Positions 7,803-16,444 of a DNA stretch of 24,551 nt are shown here, in pieces. The translations under genes were made by a program, and so were the position numbers. Positions within the stretch are counted from its first letter, which is position 1. Every line of letters starts with the position of its first letter. Under the pieces are notes generated by a model. That model was not told the DNA's origin. It ran no database searches and saw only the letters and a list, made by a program, of their open reading frames with translations. The stretch comes from a virus (taxonomy: Duplodnaviria > Caudoviricetes). The stretch spans positions 1 through 24,551 of IMG/VR virus record IMGVR_UViG_3300032050_000779; one strand, 5' to 3'.

Positions 7803-8584
7803 TATACTTGTCTTGATAATGTAGTTTGAAACGCTTGTACCGCAGTGTAGAAGTTGCCTATCTCAGTAGAAGATAACCCATCACCCATATATGCAAAAGC
7901 AAATTGACTATTTACATATCCACTTGCATAAGGTGTACCAGTTAAATTTAATGTACCAATATATAAAGCTAAACTATTTAATCCACCTCCTGAATTACCA
8001 GTAGCTACAGATGTGCTATTTTTATATACAGTTGTTACAGTTGATGATGTTCTGCTTGAGCTAAAAAATCCCGTTCCTCCAGTTATAGAACCTGATATTA
8101 AACCCGAATTTAATCTTGATGCTAAAGTAGAAGCAGTATTTAATAACGTACTATTATCACTGCCTAGAAATGAACCTAAATTTACTGGGTCTGCACTTGC
8201 AGCAGTGTTTACTGTTCTTATGTAGTAGCCTATTGAATTGCTATTTGCAGATGCTAATGAGCTTGGTAAAAATCCAGTATTTCCATATCCGTTTGTTCCG
8301 TTTGGTAAAACTCCATTACTACTATGTGTAAGACCACCATTCCAAGTTATTTGATAAGCCGCAGTATTCATAAAGTTATATGAATGCTTACCCGCAGTGC
8401 CACCTACAAACGGATACAAAGCCTTCATCTTAGAAGTTAGTCCATAGGTAGTTAAGTCACTCTCAAGTGTATTCAACGCACCTAAGATAGTCAAGTCCGT
8501 TTCTCCCGTAGCAGCTATCCAAGCAGTTGTTAGTGTGCCATATGATGGCCCACTTGGCTGCACTAAATATGGATTGATTATCAT
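7802..8584 (-). CDS. Putative tail fibre / receptor-binding protein (lectin-like beta sandwich)
   Basis: 260 aa, Gly/Ser/Thr/Asn-rich; MIINPY N-terminus, KALYPFVGG and FQTTLSRQV patterns; distal position in the tail module. Confidence 0.6.
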   Translation of the reverse strand: MIINPYLVQPSGPSYGTLTTAWIAATGETDLTILGALNTLESDLTTYGLTSKMKALYPFVGGTAGKHSYNFMNTAAYQITWNGGLTHSSNGVLPNGTNGYGNTGFLPSSLASANSNSIGYYIRTVNTAASADPVNLGSFLGSDNSTLLNTASTLASRLNSGLISGSITGGTGFFSSSRTSSTVTTVYKNSTSVATGNSGGGLNSLALYIGTLNLTGTPYASGYVNSQFAFAYMGDGLSSTEIGNFYTAVQAFQTTLSRQV

Positions 8585-9087
8585 ACTCTTGTACCTATGA
8601 TAGTAACTTTCAAACCTTTTGCTGTGCCATTGCCAATTTGGTCAATGTCAATAGTTATCTCAGCATCATCTGCTAGTGCAGTGTCAGATATAACCGCTGG
8701 TGTTGCAGCTGTTGTAGATGTCTTTTCAGTGTTGTCTATTGTCAACTTTGTTGATAGGATACTTGTCCCACCTTCATTGATGTCAACAGTGAAGATACTA
8801 CCTGATGCTTGAGCAGTAGAAAGTGAAGCTCTCACAGCAGTAACTGTCATAGCATAAGGCATTCTGAAAGTAACCTTTGCAGTACCTGTAGTTAAAGCTG
8901 TAGTTTCATCCGATGCAGCCACCTGGATCTCAGTAGGCAAACCACTCTGAGCAAATGTTTTAATGTTGGCACCAGTTACACTGCGTGATGTGTATATACC
9001 GCCACCAGCTGACTGAGAAATCTCAAGTAAATCTGTTGCTGCTAGTGCTGCGCCTTTGGCCGTTAAGCCTGATATCTTTACTCCCAT
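8581..9087 (-). CDS. Tail fibre adaptor protein
   Basis: 168 aa; N-terminal KISGL..A....D fibre-attachment-like segment and a C-terminal beta domain ending IDIDQIG..AKGLKVTIIG. Confidence 0.55.
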   Translation of the reverse strand: MGVKISGLTAKGAALAATDLLEISQSAGGGIYTSRSVTGANIKTFAQSGLPTEIQVAASDETTALTTGTAKVTFRMPYAMTVTAVRASLSTAQASGSIFTVDINEGGTSILSTKLTIDNTEKTSTTAATPAVISDTALADDAEITIDIDQIGNGTAKGLKVTIIGTRV

Positions 9088-9230
9088 TATTGTTCTATTA
9101 TTCTTTGTATATTATCTTCTGTCATTCTGTTGATACCATCCTCAGATAGTCTGTTGAATAGCGCATCAGCCACAGCCTTAATGGCAGCAGTTGCACTATT
9201 GAACATCATTGTGATTCCGTATCCGTACAT
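9087..9230 (-). CDS. Small 47-aa virion adaptor peptide (unannotated)
   Basis: MYGYGITMMFNSATAAIKAVADALFNRLSEDGINRMTEDNIQRIIEQ*. Starts 1 nt after the upstream stop and is TAATG-coupled to the next gene, filling the gap exactly. Confidence 0.8.
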   Translation of the reverse strand: MYGYGITMMFNSATAAIKAVADALFNRLSEDGINRMTEDNIQRIIEQ

Positions 9231-9231
9231 C

Positions 9232-9498
9232 TTACAAGATTAAAGCTACAGATCCTGATGTCAAGTCAATAGCTGAAAATTTGCGAGCTCCAGTACATCT
9301 GATCATTGCTCCAGCTTTTACTGCTGTGCCTGGTGTAGTTATTAACTCAGCTTTGATGTCAACACCACCTACCTTGATGCTTGCAAATACAGTGTCCTCA
9401 AGGACAAAGATTGCATCATAAACTATTGTCTTTTCTGTAGTGTCATTCACTATCAATGTTCCCTGACTCGCTGTCAGTATCTCTTCCCAAAGTGCCAT
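9232..9498 (-). CDS. Small beta-rich virion protein
   Basis: 88 aa, tightly packed in the tail block; ends FSAIDLTSGSVALIL. Confidence 0.6.
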   Translation of the reverse strand: MALWEEILTASQGTLIVNDTTEKTIVYDAIFVLEDTVFASIKVGGVDIKAELITTPGTAVKAGAMIRCTGARKFSAIDLTSGSVALIL

Positions 9499-9500
9499 AT

Positions 9501-11903
9501 TTATTCTGTTGTTCTAGTTAAATTATCTTCCGTTATTCTTGTCTGAGCTCCAGCTGTAAACTTGCCTTCTGTCTCTCTGAAGTTAGTTTTATCAGGGAGA
9601 TAAGGTATCTCTATATCAAAAGTTTGGATACTCTCTCCTTCTATTATGCGAATCAGTTCCACTAATGTAGTGTTATCCTTTCCACTATCAAAGTCTGATA
9701 CCTTCTGAAGTCTATAGATTACACCATCAATGTTGATGAGCTCCTTAAAATTAAGCATGTTAATCATGCTGTTATCTATCTTGATGTAGCATGTTAATAA
9801 CTTCCCAAACCTAGATATCACCTCCTTGATGTATCTCTCATGATAATGGAATAAGTTATTGGTAGTATAGGCCGCATCTTGATAGAATACATATTCAGGC
9901 ACCCCGAAATTAAAGTCAAAGGTAGGTGATGTCAAGCTATTCAGATGGCCCACATACGGATATGATCCCTCAGTAGTGGCAATACCATCCTCATCAATAT
10001 ATTGCCATGTAGCTGTAGTCATTGGTCCTAGCTGCACAAGGAATGGCTTGCCCTTCTTGATAGCTATAGCTGAAGTACCATCTTGCTCAGTCTTGACTTG
10101 GAATGACCTTGGCACAATAATATTGGTGAAGGTACTCTCATCTACTGGAATATTCACCAGCAGCTTCTGTGAGAATGGCAGCTTGAATTCAGTTGTATTC
10201 TTAGCGAATTGATTCTGTGAATCTAAGCTGAATGCACCATACTGCTTCCTGACATCTTGTGCATAGTAGAAGTTATAATAGTCATCATCTTGCTCAAATA
10301 CAAAGTTGTATGTGTTGCTAGCAAAGTTGATTGTAGGTGTCACCTTGTAATCTCTGCTATAGTCAACTAGATGAGTCCAATTCAAGGCATCAGCTGATGA
10401 GTTATAGAAGTCATCCATTGGCTCAATCTCAAGGATGGTGTTATCATTCACATTAGGCTTGACATATAGATTAAATGCCGTAGTAATTCCCTTAAAGAAT
10501 GTGGCGCAGTCCATTGTTGGCAGAAAGTTATCAATCAAGATAGTTCCTCCTGGCTCAAGTGATTGCTCAGATAATACGATGTTGAGATCCGCTGTGTTGC
10601 TTGTGATGTTGGTATTCAATAAGAAAGTAGTAGGAATGTCATCAGCCTCAACAGATGAATCATAAACTACCCATATTAATTCAAACTTGAGCTCATCATT
10701 GAAGGTCACAAATACATCTCTGATATAGTCAAAGCTGATAGTAGCTGAATAGTCACCAGTACCATTGTCAAAGGCTCCCTGATATACATCATCTTGAGAT
10801 ATCACAAATCCATTCTTAGATATCTTCAGTACCAGCTTAAACCTAATCCATGTATCCACAAGATTGGCTCCGGTGATTGTAAAGTCAAGATTCAAGTCAT
10901 GATCACCAACATAGTTGATTCTCATGATGCCCTCAGTAGCTGATACAAAGCGCATGAATGTAGCAGCATTCTCAATCTGTCCAGCTGGATCAGATGTCAC
11001 TGTAGCATTATAGGGATCGTATGAATAAGTGAATTGTAAGTCAGCTCTTCTATTGCCACCAAATACTAGATTCCACCCACTTGATAATGGTATGTTAGCA
11101 TTAATAATGTGACCACTGGTACCATTGTCCTCTGTAGTATAGGCTGACAAGGCAAGTGAATCAGCAGCTGTGATTGTTGGCAATGATCCGCCTTCAAAGG
11201 CCATGAGCATTCTCTTGAATGTCTGACTCTCAAGGAAGGCTGATGACCAGCTGATGCCGCAGTAATCAAATGCCCTCTTCAGGATATCATAACAGAATAC
11301 TTGTGGCGGAATATGCTCCACACCAAAGGCATCCACTGCTGGCCTATCATAGCCATAGTCAATCAGTCCATAGTAATACCCTAATCCATCCCAGTTGGCT
11401 CCAGTCTTGTTGCTTGTTGGTACACCATTCACCTGGATAGTTCCAGCCCATGAATTCTCTTGATTGGCCTTGATTAGTGTATGTGTATATTCGGACCATG
11501 ACAGCTCATTGATTCTGATCTTGGATAGCAGTCCAATGTAGTCAATACTTTCTGATATCATGATGATAGAGAATCTCCACATGCCATTCATCCAGTTGCA
11601 CTCAGTCAGCTGACATATACCATTGAACTGCAATAGACCTTGATCATAATACCTAGCTGTTGACTTTACAGATGGATCAAAGTTAAGAAATGCGCTTTGA
11701 GTATCTAATACTGGATCACTAGCTGATGTCATAAACACCTGATGCATTAGATATACATTCTTTTTGGTACCAGGCAAAATGATAGTCTTGGAATTATTCC
11801 CCTTCCTACTAGACAAATCTTTCACATCACTGATATTGTATGTCAATGGGAATGGCAGCCTCTCATCAAGGTCTACAAGTATGTCATTGATGTATAGCTC
11901 CAT
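9501..11903 (-). CDS. Large tail-tip/baseplate hub structural protein
   Basis: 800 aa; N-terminal LTYNISDVKDLSSRKGNNSKTIILPGT and C-terminal INIDGVIYRLQKVSDF motifs typical of Bacteroidota siphovirus tail proteins. Confidence 0.65.
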   Translation of the reverse strand: MELYINDILVDLDERLPFPLTYNISDVKDLSSRKGNNSKTIILPGTKKNVYLMHQVFMTSASDPVLDTQSAFLNFDPSVKSTARYYDQGLLQFNGICQLTECNWMNGMWRFSIIMISESIDYIGLLSKIRINELSWSEYTHTLIKANQENSWAGTIQVNGVPTSNKTGANWDGLGYYYGLIDYGYDRPAVDAFGVEHIPPQVFCYDILKRAFDYCGISWSSAFLESQTFKRMLMAFEGGSLPTITAADSLALSAYTTEDNGTSGHIINANIPLSSGWNLVFGGNRRADLQFTYSYDPYNATVTSDPAGQIENAATFMRFVSATEGIMRINYVGDHDLNLDFTITGANLVDTWIRFKLVLKISKNGFVISQDDVYQGAFDNGTGDYSATISFDYIRDVFVTFNDELKFELIWVVYDSSVEADDIPTTFLLNTNITSNTADLNIVLSEQSLEPGGTILIDNFLPTMDCATFFKGITTAFNLYVKPNVNDNTILEIEPMDDFYNSSADALNWTHLVDYSRDYKVTPTINFASNTYNFVFEQDDDYYNFYYAQDVRKQYGAFSLDSQNQFAKNTTEFKLPFSQKLLVNIPVDESTFTNIIVPRSFQVKTEQDGTSAIAIKKGKPFLVQLGPMTTATWQYIDEDGIATTEGSYPYVGHLNSLTSPTFDFNFGVPEYVFYQDAAYTTNNLFHYHERYIKEVISRFGKLLTCYIKIDNSMINMLNFKELINIDGVIYRLQKVSDFDSGKDNTTLVELIRIIEGESIQTFDIEIPYLPDKTNFRETEGKFTAGAQTRITEDNLTRTTE

Positions 11904-13103
11904 CTATCCTAATTGTGTCTGATATGTGTATGTTCTATCTATCTGAACAGCCTCTTGAATAAGACCAGCTTTTCTTCTTTGCTTTAATGTATAGTTAGCA
12001 TTGGTCACGTTCACTGGCTCAAGAACCGATGATCCAAAATCCTTCTGAATATAAACCCTTGGTGATTCATACAGATCTCTAACTAACCATTGCTGTATGT
12101 CCTCATGAATCCAATCACTATTCAATAGTAGTTTATCACTCATTGACTTATTCACAGTCATTCTGTTGCCATCACTTAAAGAATATTCATAGTCACCAGC
12201 TTGCCATCTCCCAGTTCTTCTATTGTATCTTGTTGCCTCAATATCTGTTGAATGCTCTGATAATAAGTTAAAAGTGAATGAATCCCATGCACCAAACTTA
12301 TTAAGCCAATGCAGTCTGTATCTTGGATAATTGCTACATGACTGATCGTAGTATATCTTATAAAGTTCAGAGTCCTTTGATGGTGTAGCATTTTGATATA
12401 TCTCAATCGTATAATAGTAGCAATTAGTGAAATTACCTACAACCAAAGTTGTACCATTTACTAAGTTTTCAGGACCTACTTGAACAAGTGGTATAGTACG
12501 GTTATCTTTTATAAAGTCAGCTGATGCAATTACTGAATTGTTTATATCATATAAAACAGCTTCACCATACACTAAGTTCCCTGTACTATTGATTATGCTT
12601 AGATATTTATAGTCATAATATCCTACAAGATCTCTTTTATCTCTTGGGAATTCAGTCAAGAACAATCTAGTACCAGAGGCTTGCTCAATATTATAATCTT
12701 GATAATTCCATGACAACCAAAACTCTTGTCTAAAAGCTGCATTTAAAAATTCAATTCCATTGCTTGCCTCTGCTGATGCAATGATAACCTCAGCTGGTGT
12801 GCCATATCTCTCATACACTAATAATGAAAATGTTTGACTGCCATTCATCAGCTCTTGATCTAGTAGCAATGGATCTGGGAAGTTATTAACTATAATAGCT
12901 CTACCAATACTTGATAAGTCAAACTTTCCACTATCCCCATCTTCAGGGAATACTTGATGAGTTGAAATAAGGCCAGCATTAAGATAGACCTCTATTACAA
13001 ATGAAAAGTTAGCTTGCCCAGTATTGTCTGATTCAAAAACAAATATTGTTGGATTGCAAATGGGATCCCACTGAGTAGGCTGACTTATAAATGTTATTGC
13101 CAT
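11904..13103 (-). CDS. Tail structural protein (distal-tail-like)
   Basis: 399 aa; WLNKFGAWDSFTF and LNSDWI...L.ESPRVY motifs; adjacent to the hub gene. Confidence 0.6.
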   Translation of the reverse strand: MAITFISQPTQWDPICNPTIFVFESDNTGQANFSFVIEVYLNAGLISTHQVFPEDGDSGKFDLSSIGRAIIVNNFPDPLLLDQELMNGSQTFSLLVYERYGTPAEVIIASAEASNGIEFLNAAFRQEFWLSWNYQDYNIEQASGTRLFLTEFPRDKRDLVGYYDYKYLSIINSTGNLVYGEAVLYDINNSVIASADFIKDNRTIPLVQVGPENLVNGTTLVVGNFTNCYYYTIEIYQNATPSKDSELYKIYYDQSCSNYPRYRLHWLNKFGAWDSFTFNLLSEHSTDIEATRYNRRTGRWQAGDYEYSLSDGNRMTVNKSMSDKLLLNSDWIHEDIQQWLVRDLYESPRVYIQKDFGSSVLEPVNVTNANYTLKQRRKAGLIQEAVQIDRTYTYQTQLG

Positions 13104-13624
13104 GTTCTTGTATTTTTGGTGAATGATATTTCAAACATCAACCCAGTGACAGCAGCTAGATCATTTGCTATCCTATCAAGGACCTCATTGCTCATGACAT
13201 TGGATGTGATATTGCGAGGCTTGATACCATACTTGTTCTTTGTAGCTGATGCTGATGCATAGGCATGACTCAGATCATATCCCTTCCATTGCTGTATTGC
13301 CTTTGCATGATTCTTTGAAACATTAGGATACTTAAAGCTGTAAGGTGTTTGAAATTTATTCTGTCCTACCGGATTGACACCCTCATCTTGAAACTTGTAG
13401 TACTCATCCGCTTGTATCTCAAATGACAATGCTCCAGTAGGAAAGTATACTACTGACTGAGCTAGTCCTCCAGTATTGTTTACGTTAGTAAGTATATACT
13501 CTTGGAATTGTGCTGTGACCTCATTGGCAAGACCTAGAATAAACTTCTCATAAGCTGTCTGAGGCTGAGTAAGTTCAGTCTGAGATATACCTAGTGAGTC
13601 AAGAAATTGCAGATCATCAGCCAT
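13094..13624 (-). CDS. Putative neck/tail-completion protein (HK97 gp10-like)
   Basis: 176 aa; TGGLAQSV, YYKFQDEGV and GIKPRN patterns. Confidence 0.5.
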   Translation of the reverse strand: MADDLQFLDSLGISQTELTQPQTAYEKFILGLANEVTAQFQEYILTNVNNTGGLAQSVVYFPTGALSFEIQADEYYKFQDEGVNPVGQNKFQTPYSFKYPNVSKNHAKAIQQWKGYDLSHAYASASATKNKYGIKPRNITSNVMSNEVLDRIANDLAAVTGLMFEISFTKNTRTWQ

Positions 13625-13877
13625 GTCTTTGTAATATGTAATCTTGTTCCGCTTTCAACTTAAAGAAGTTCAGCCAAAACAATGTTTTTATGTATGGCTG
13701 ACGCGTGATAGTGTCCACATCTTTGCCAAGCTCTTGCGCCAGCTTGAGGAGGATTCTTGTCCATGTAAACCATTCGCTGTCTCTAAGAGTTTCTGATGCA
13801 TTGTCTGATTCTGATTCATCAGCCTCGCTGTCTGTATTCCCAAGATAGCGAGACTCCGCCTCTCTGATTCTCGCAAA
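13617..13877 (-). CDS. -1 frameshift extension of tail assembly chaperone (gpGT-like C-terminal part)
   Basis: From the T9 run the -1 frame reads FARIREAESRYLGNTDSEADESESDNASETLRDSEWFTWTRILLKLAQELGKDVDTITRQPYIKTLFWLNFFKLKAEQDYILQRHG*. It has no ATG of its own and its stop overlaps the next gene. Confidence 0.75.
   Translation of the reverse strand, partial: FARIREAESRYLGNTDSEADESESDNASETLRDSEWFTWTRILLKLAQELGKDVDTITRQPYIKTLFWLNFFKLKAEQDYILQRHG
13632..13650 (-). promoter_or_regulatory. Candidate phage late promoter motif, copy before tail genes
   Basis: GGAACAA-GATT-ACATATTA ending 7 nt upstream of the ATG at 13624. Confidence 0.65.
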
Positions 13878-14401
13878 AAAAAAGCGAAGAAGTTCAGAAA
13901 TTCATCACCAGGGAAGGCCCTCTTAAATATCTCTTCTCTCTTTTTGTTTGGATTCTGTACCTTGCCCCTCTCATCCTCTTGGCAGTATTCCATGCCCTCC
14001 TCAATGTAGCAGATAGCCAATGCCTCACATGGTGATGAGCTGACATCCTCAATGAGCTTCATGTCAATGATCTGACCAGTCTCTATAGCACTAAAGTCCT
14101 TTTCAAATCTGTATCTCTTGCCTTCTATCTCAATGTATTCAGATGGCTCATTTGTGCTGTATTGTGATAGCATATTCAGAAGTACACTACTGGCATTCAT
14201 GATGTCATCAATGTGAATCTTCCTAACCTTGTTGATTGGCAGTCCGGTGAATATGCTGACAAGCTGTGACTGAAAGTCAAGCATGTTGATCAGTGACTTA
14301 TCTGTCTGCTGGATGAATGGTGCCAGCATGAGCCACTTAGTGAGCTGATCAGGTCTACATTCTTGGATTGTCTGTGGATAGTTTACATCAATGGTTTTCA
14401 T
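13688..14401 (-). CDS. Putative tail assembly chaperone (gpG-like, 0-frame product)
   Basis: 237 aa, ATGA-coupled to terL; contains GCT TTT TTT TTG slippery run at 13875..13883. Confidence 0.65.
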   Translation of the reverse strand: MKTIDVNYPQTIQECRPDQLTKWLMLAPFIQQTDKSLINMLDFQSQLVSIFTGLPINKVRKIHIDDIMNASSVLLNMLSQYSTNEPSEYIEIEGKRYRFEKDFSAIETGQIIDMKLIEDVSSSPCEALAICYIEEGMEYCQEDERGKVQNPNKKREEIFKRAFPGDEFLNFFAFFLRESERRSLAILGIQTARLMNQNQTMHQKLLETANGLHGQESSSSWRKSLAKMWTLSRVSHT

Positions 14402-15600
14402 GCTCTTAATATTTTGTATTGCCCTCTCTTACTGTAGTTCTTTTTACTATGCCATGCCAGTGCCAGTGAGATCACCCCATCATCATGCAGTCCACTTGGT
14501 GCAGAGTATTGTACTGACCTGGTATTCGGATTGTAAATATAAGTAAAATTCTCAAGCTCATCTATCAGCCATTGCTCCTCTATTATCTTGATCTCTGACT
14601 GTTCAAAGGCCAGTGCTAGATCCTCAATGATGATAGGCTTAGTCTTACTGGTAGTAGTGAATGGATTCACTAGATTACGCAGTCTTGATGACAGCATCTC
14701 ATAGAAGATATCCCCTTGATTGTTGACCTCTATCAATGTGACTGCTTGATATTGCTTGATGATGTCTGCTACCTTGTCAATGATCTTGGACCACTCATCA
14801 TGCCGCCACCTACCAACATATACCATCTGCCCTCTCTCATTCAGTATTGTCAACACTGTATAGTCATCTGCCCTACCTATGTCAAGTCCAGCGTAGCACT
14901 TGCCACCTCTCTCCCATGTTCCAGCTGACTGCCTCACGTTCTTGAATAGTCCGGATGCATTGTCAATGAATTCAGCCATGTATTCTTGTCTGAAGATATG
15001 ATCAGGCAGTGACCGCTTTCTCTCCTCCAGCTCTTGTGGTGCTATCATTGGATTGTCATAGGATGTGAAGTGGATGTACTTGTATCTGTCATCATAGTTA
15101 GGCTGCATACACAAGGTATGAAAATGATTCTTGCCCTTTGGTGTTGAGATAAATATCACCTTCTTTCCCTTGACCATCACAGTTGCAGATAGCACCTCAT
15201 TCCATAGCTCAGGCCTTGTGAAGGCCATCTCATCCACTACCATGAAATGAAAGGTATTCCCTCTGATATTGTCGGGCCGTTCACCACTAAAGAATTCTAT
15301 TGATGATCCAAAGCCAGTTACCTTGAGATCTGATTTGTTGAATTCAAATAAACCACTGTTTTTTGTAGCTCTCTCAAGCTCTGCGAATACTTTCTTACCT
15401 TGCTTGTATACTGGTGTTACCCAAGCAATCTGTGATCCTGGATGATTGATGGCCCAGTACAGAAGCTGATTGATTCCTAGTAAGGTCTTGCCAAACTGCC
15501 TACCAATATTCAGAGCATAGTATTTCTCGCTGCCTTGATTGATAGCATTGTGGATATGCCTCTGATTAGGATGAGGTTTGTAACCTTTGATTGTACTCAT
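14398..15600 (-). CDS. terL: Terminase large subunit
   Basis: Walker A GRQFGKT, Walker B VVDE, ISTPKG coupling motif, RNase H nuclease motifs GLDIG and HDDGVIS. Confidence 0.95.
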   Translation of the reverse strand: MSTIKGYKPHPNQRHIHNAINQGSEKYYALNIGRQFGKTLLGINQLLYWAINHPGSQIAWVTPVYKQGKKVFAELERATKNSGLFEFNKSDLKVTGFGSSIEFFSGERPDNIRGNTFHFMVVDEMAFTRPELWNEVLSATVMVKGKKVIFISTPKGKNHFHTLCMQPNYDDRYKYIHFTSYDNPMIAPQELEERKRSLPDHIFRQEYMAEFIDNASGLFKNVRQSAGTWERGGKCYAGLDIGRADDYTVLTILNERGQMVYVGRWRHDEWSKIIDKVADIIKQYQAVTLIEVNNQGDIFYEMLSSRLRNLVNPFTTTSKTKPIIIEDLALAFEQSEIKIIEEQWLIDELENFTYIYNPNTRSVQYSAPSGLHDDGVISLALAWHSKKNYSKRGQYKILRA

Positions 15601-15998
15601 TCATCAAAGTCAAAGTTATCAACATTTCTAGTCTCTACTTGCTGACGATCATGCATGCCTAATCTGTTCTTTGCGTAGAAGATTCCCTTGCCCTCATTGC
15701 CCACAATATCAACAGCTAAGCCTTTAAAAAGCTCATCTATTTTTTTAATAGTGTCAGATTTGAGTTTGTCATCAGAATTCAACCAAGTGTAATAAGTCTC
15801 TCTTACAATACTCTTTTCTTTCCTCACAATAGGAATCCATATTCTAAGGAAGTAATCTATAGTAGGTATATGCCTATCTAGTACCAGGACAATTTCTCCT
15901 TTATTGGATATCATTTCTTTCTTATGGGATATGCACTCTTCAATATAGATATGTGCTAGTTCCTCAAGGTGTTTTATGAATTCATCTGAGTATGCCAT
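15597..15998 (-). CDS. terS: Terminase small subunit (P22 gp3-like)
   Basis: 133 aa directly before terL; C-terminal IFYAKNRLGMHDRQQVE motif. Confidence 0.75.
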   Translation of the reverse strand: MAYSDEFIKHLEELAHIYIEECISHKKEMISNKGEIVLVLDRHIPTIDYFLRIWIPIVRKEKSIVRETYYTWLNSDDKLKSDTIKKIDELFKGLAVDIVGNEGKGIFYAKNRLGMHDRQQVETRNVDNFDFDE

Positions 15999-16444
15999 TA
16001 TTTCAATTCATTAATTTTAGATTCTGCCCATGTCTTTGCTGCCTTACCACCCCATAGAAGGTATGAGATGTATCCACAATCTTCAGGTGTACCATTTTCA
16101 TAGTAAGTCTCAGCTCTTGATAGATAGCTTATCATTCTTTTGATTGTGTCAATGGATAGCTTTTCTCTATTGCTGAGCTGCTGTGCTCTGACCTTTCCTA
16201 CTTGTGTTGCACATCTGTTGCCTTGCTTTTCATTCAGCTCTATTCCTCTTCTAGCATTGTTCACTACAGCATCAGGATAGTCATTATAGCTATCTTGGAA
16301 TTCTTGCTTTGCTCTTTGCCATGATGACTTGCATACTGGATAGCGTTGAGTAGATGGATATTCCTCTTTCATCTTCTCATCAGCCATGCATCTAGTGATG
16401 AATTCATTCTCTGACTCTGCTGGTCTTGGTTTAGGTATTGGCAT
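15998..16444 (-). CDS. Conserved two-module phage protein, probably head-associated
   Basis: 148 aa from the ATG at 16444 (TGATG coupling); modules MPIPKP..E....FI.RCM and SYNDYP...ATQVGKVRAQQL...YLLWGG. Confidence 0.6.
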   Translation of the reverse strand: MPIPKPRPAESENEFITRCMADEKMKEEYPSTQRYPVCKSSWQRAKQEFQDSYNDYPDAVVNNARRGIELNEKQGNRCATQVGKVRAQQLSNREKLSIDTIKRMISYLSRAETYYENGTPEDCGYISYLLWGGKAAKTWAESKINELK

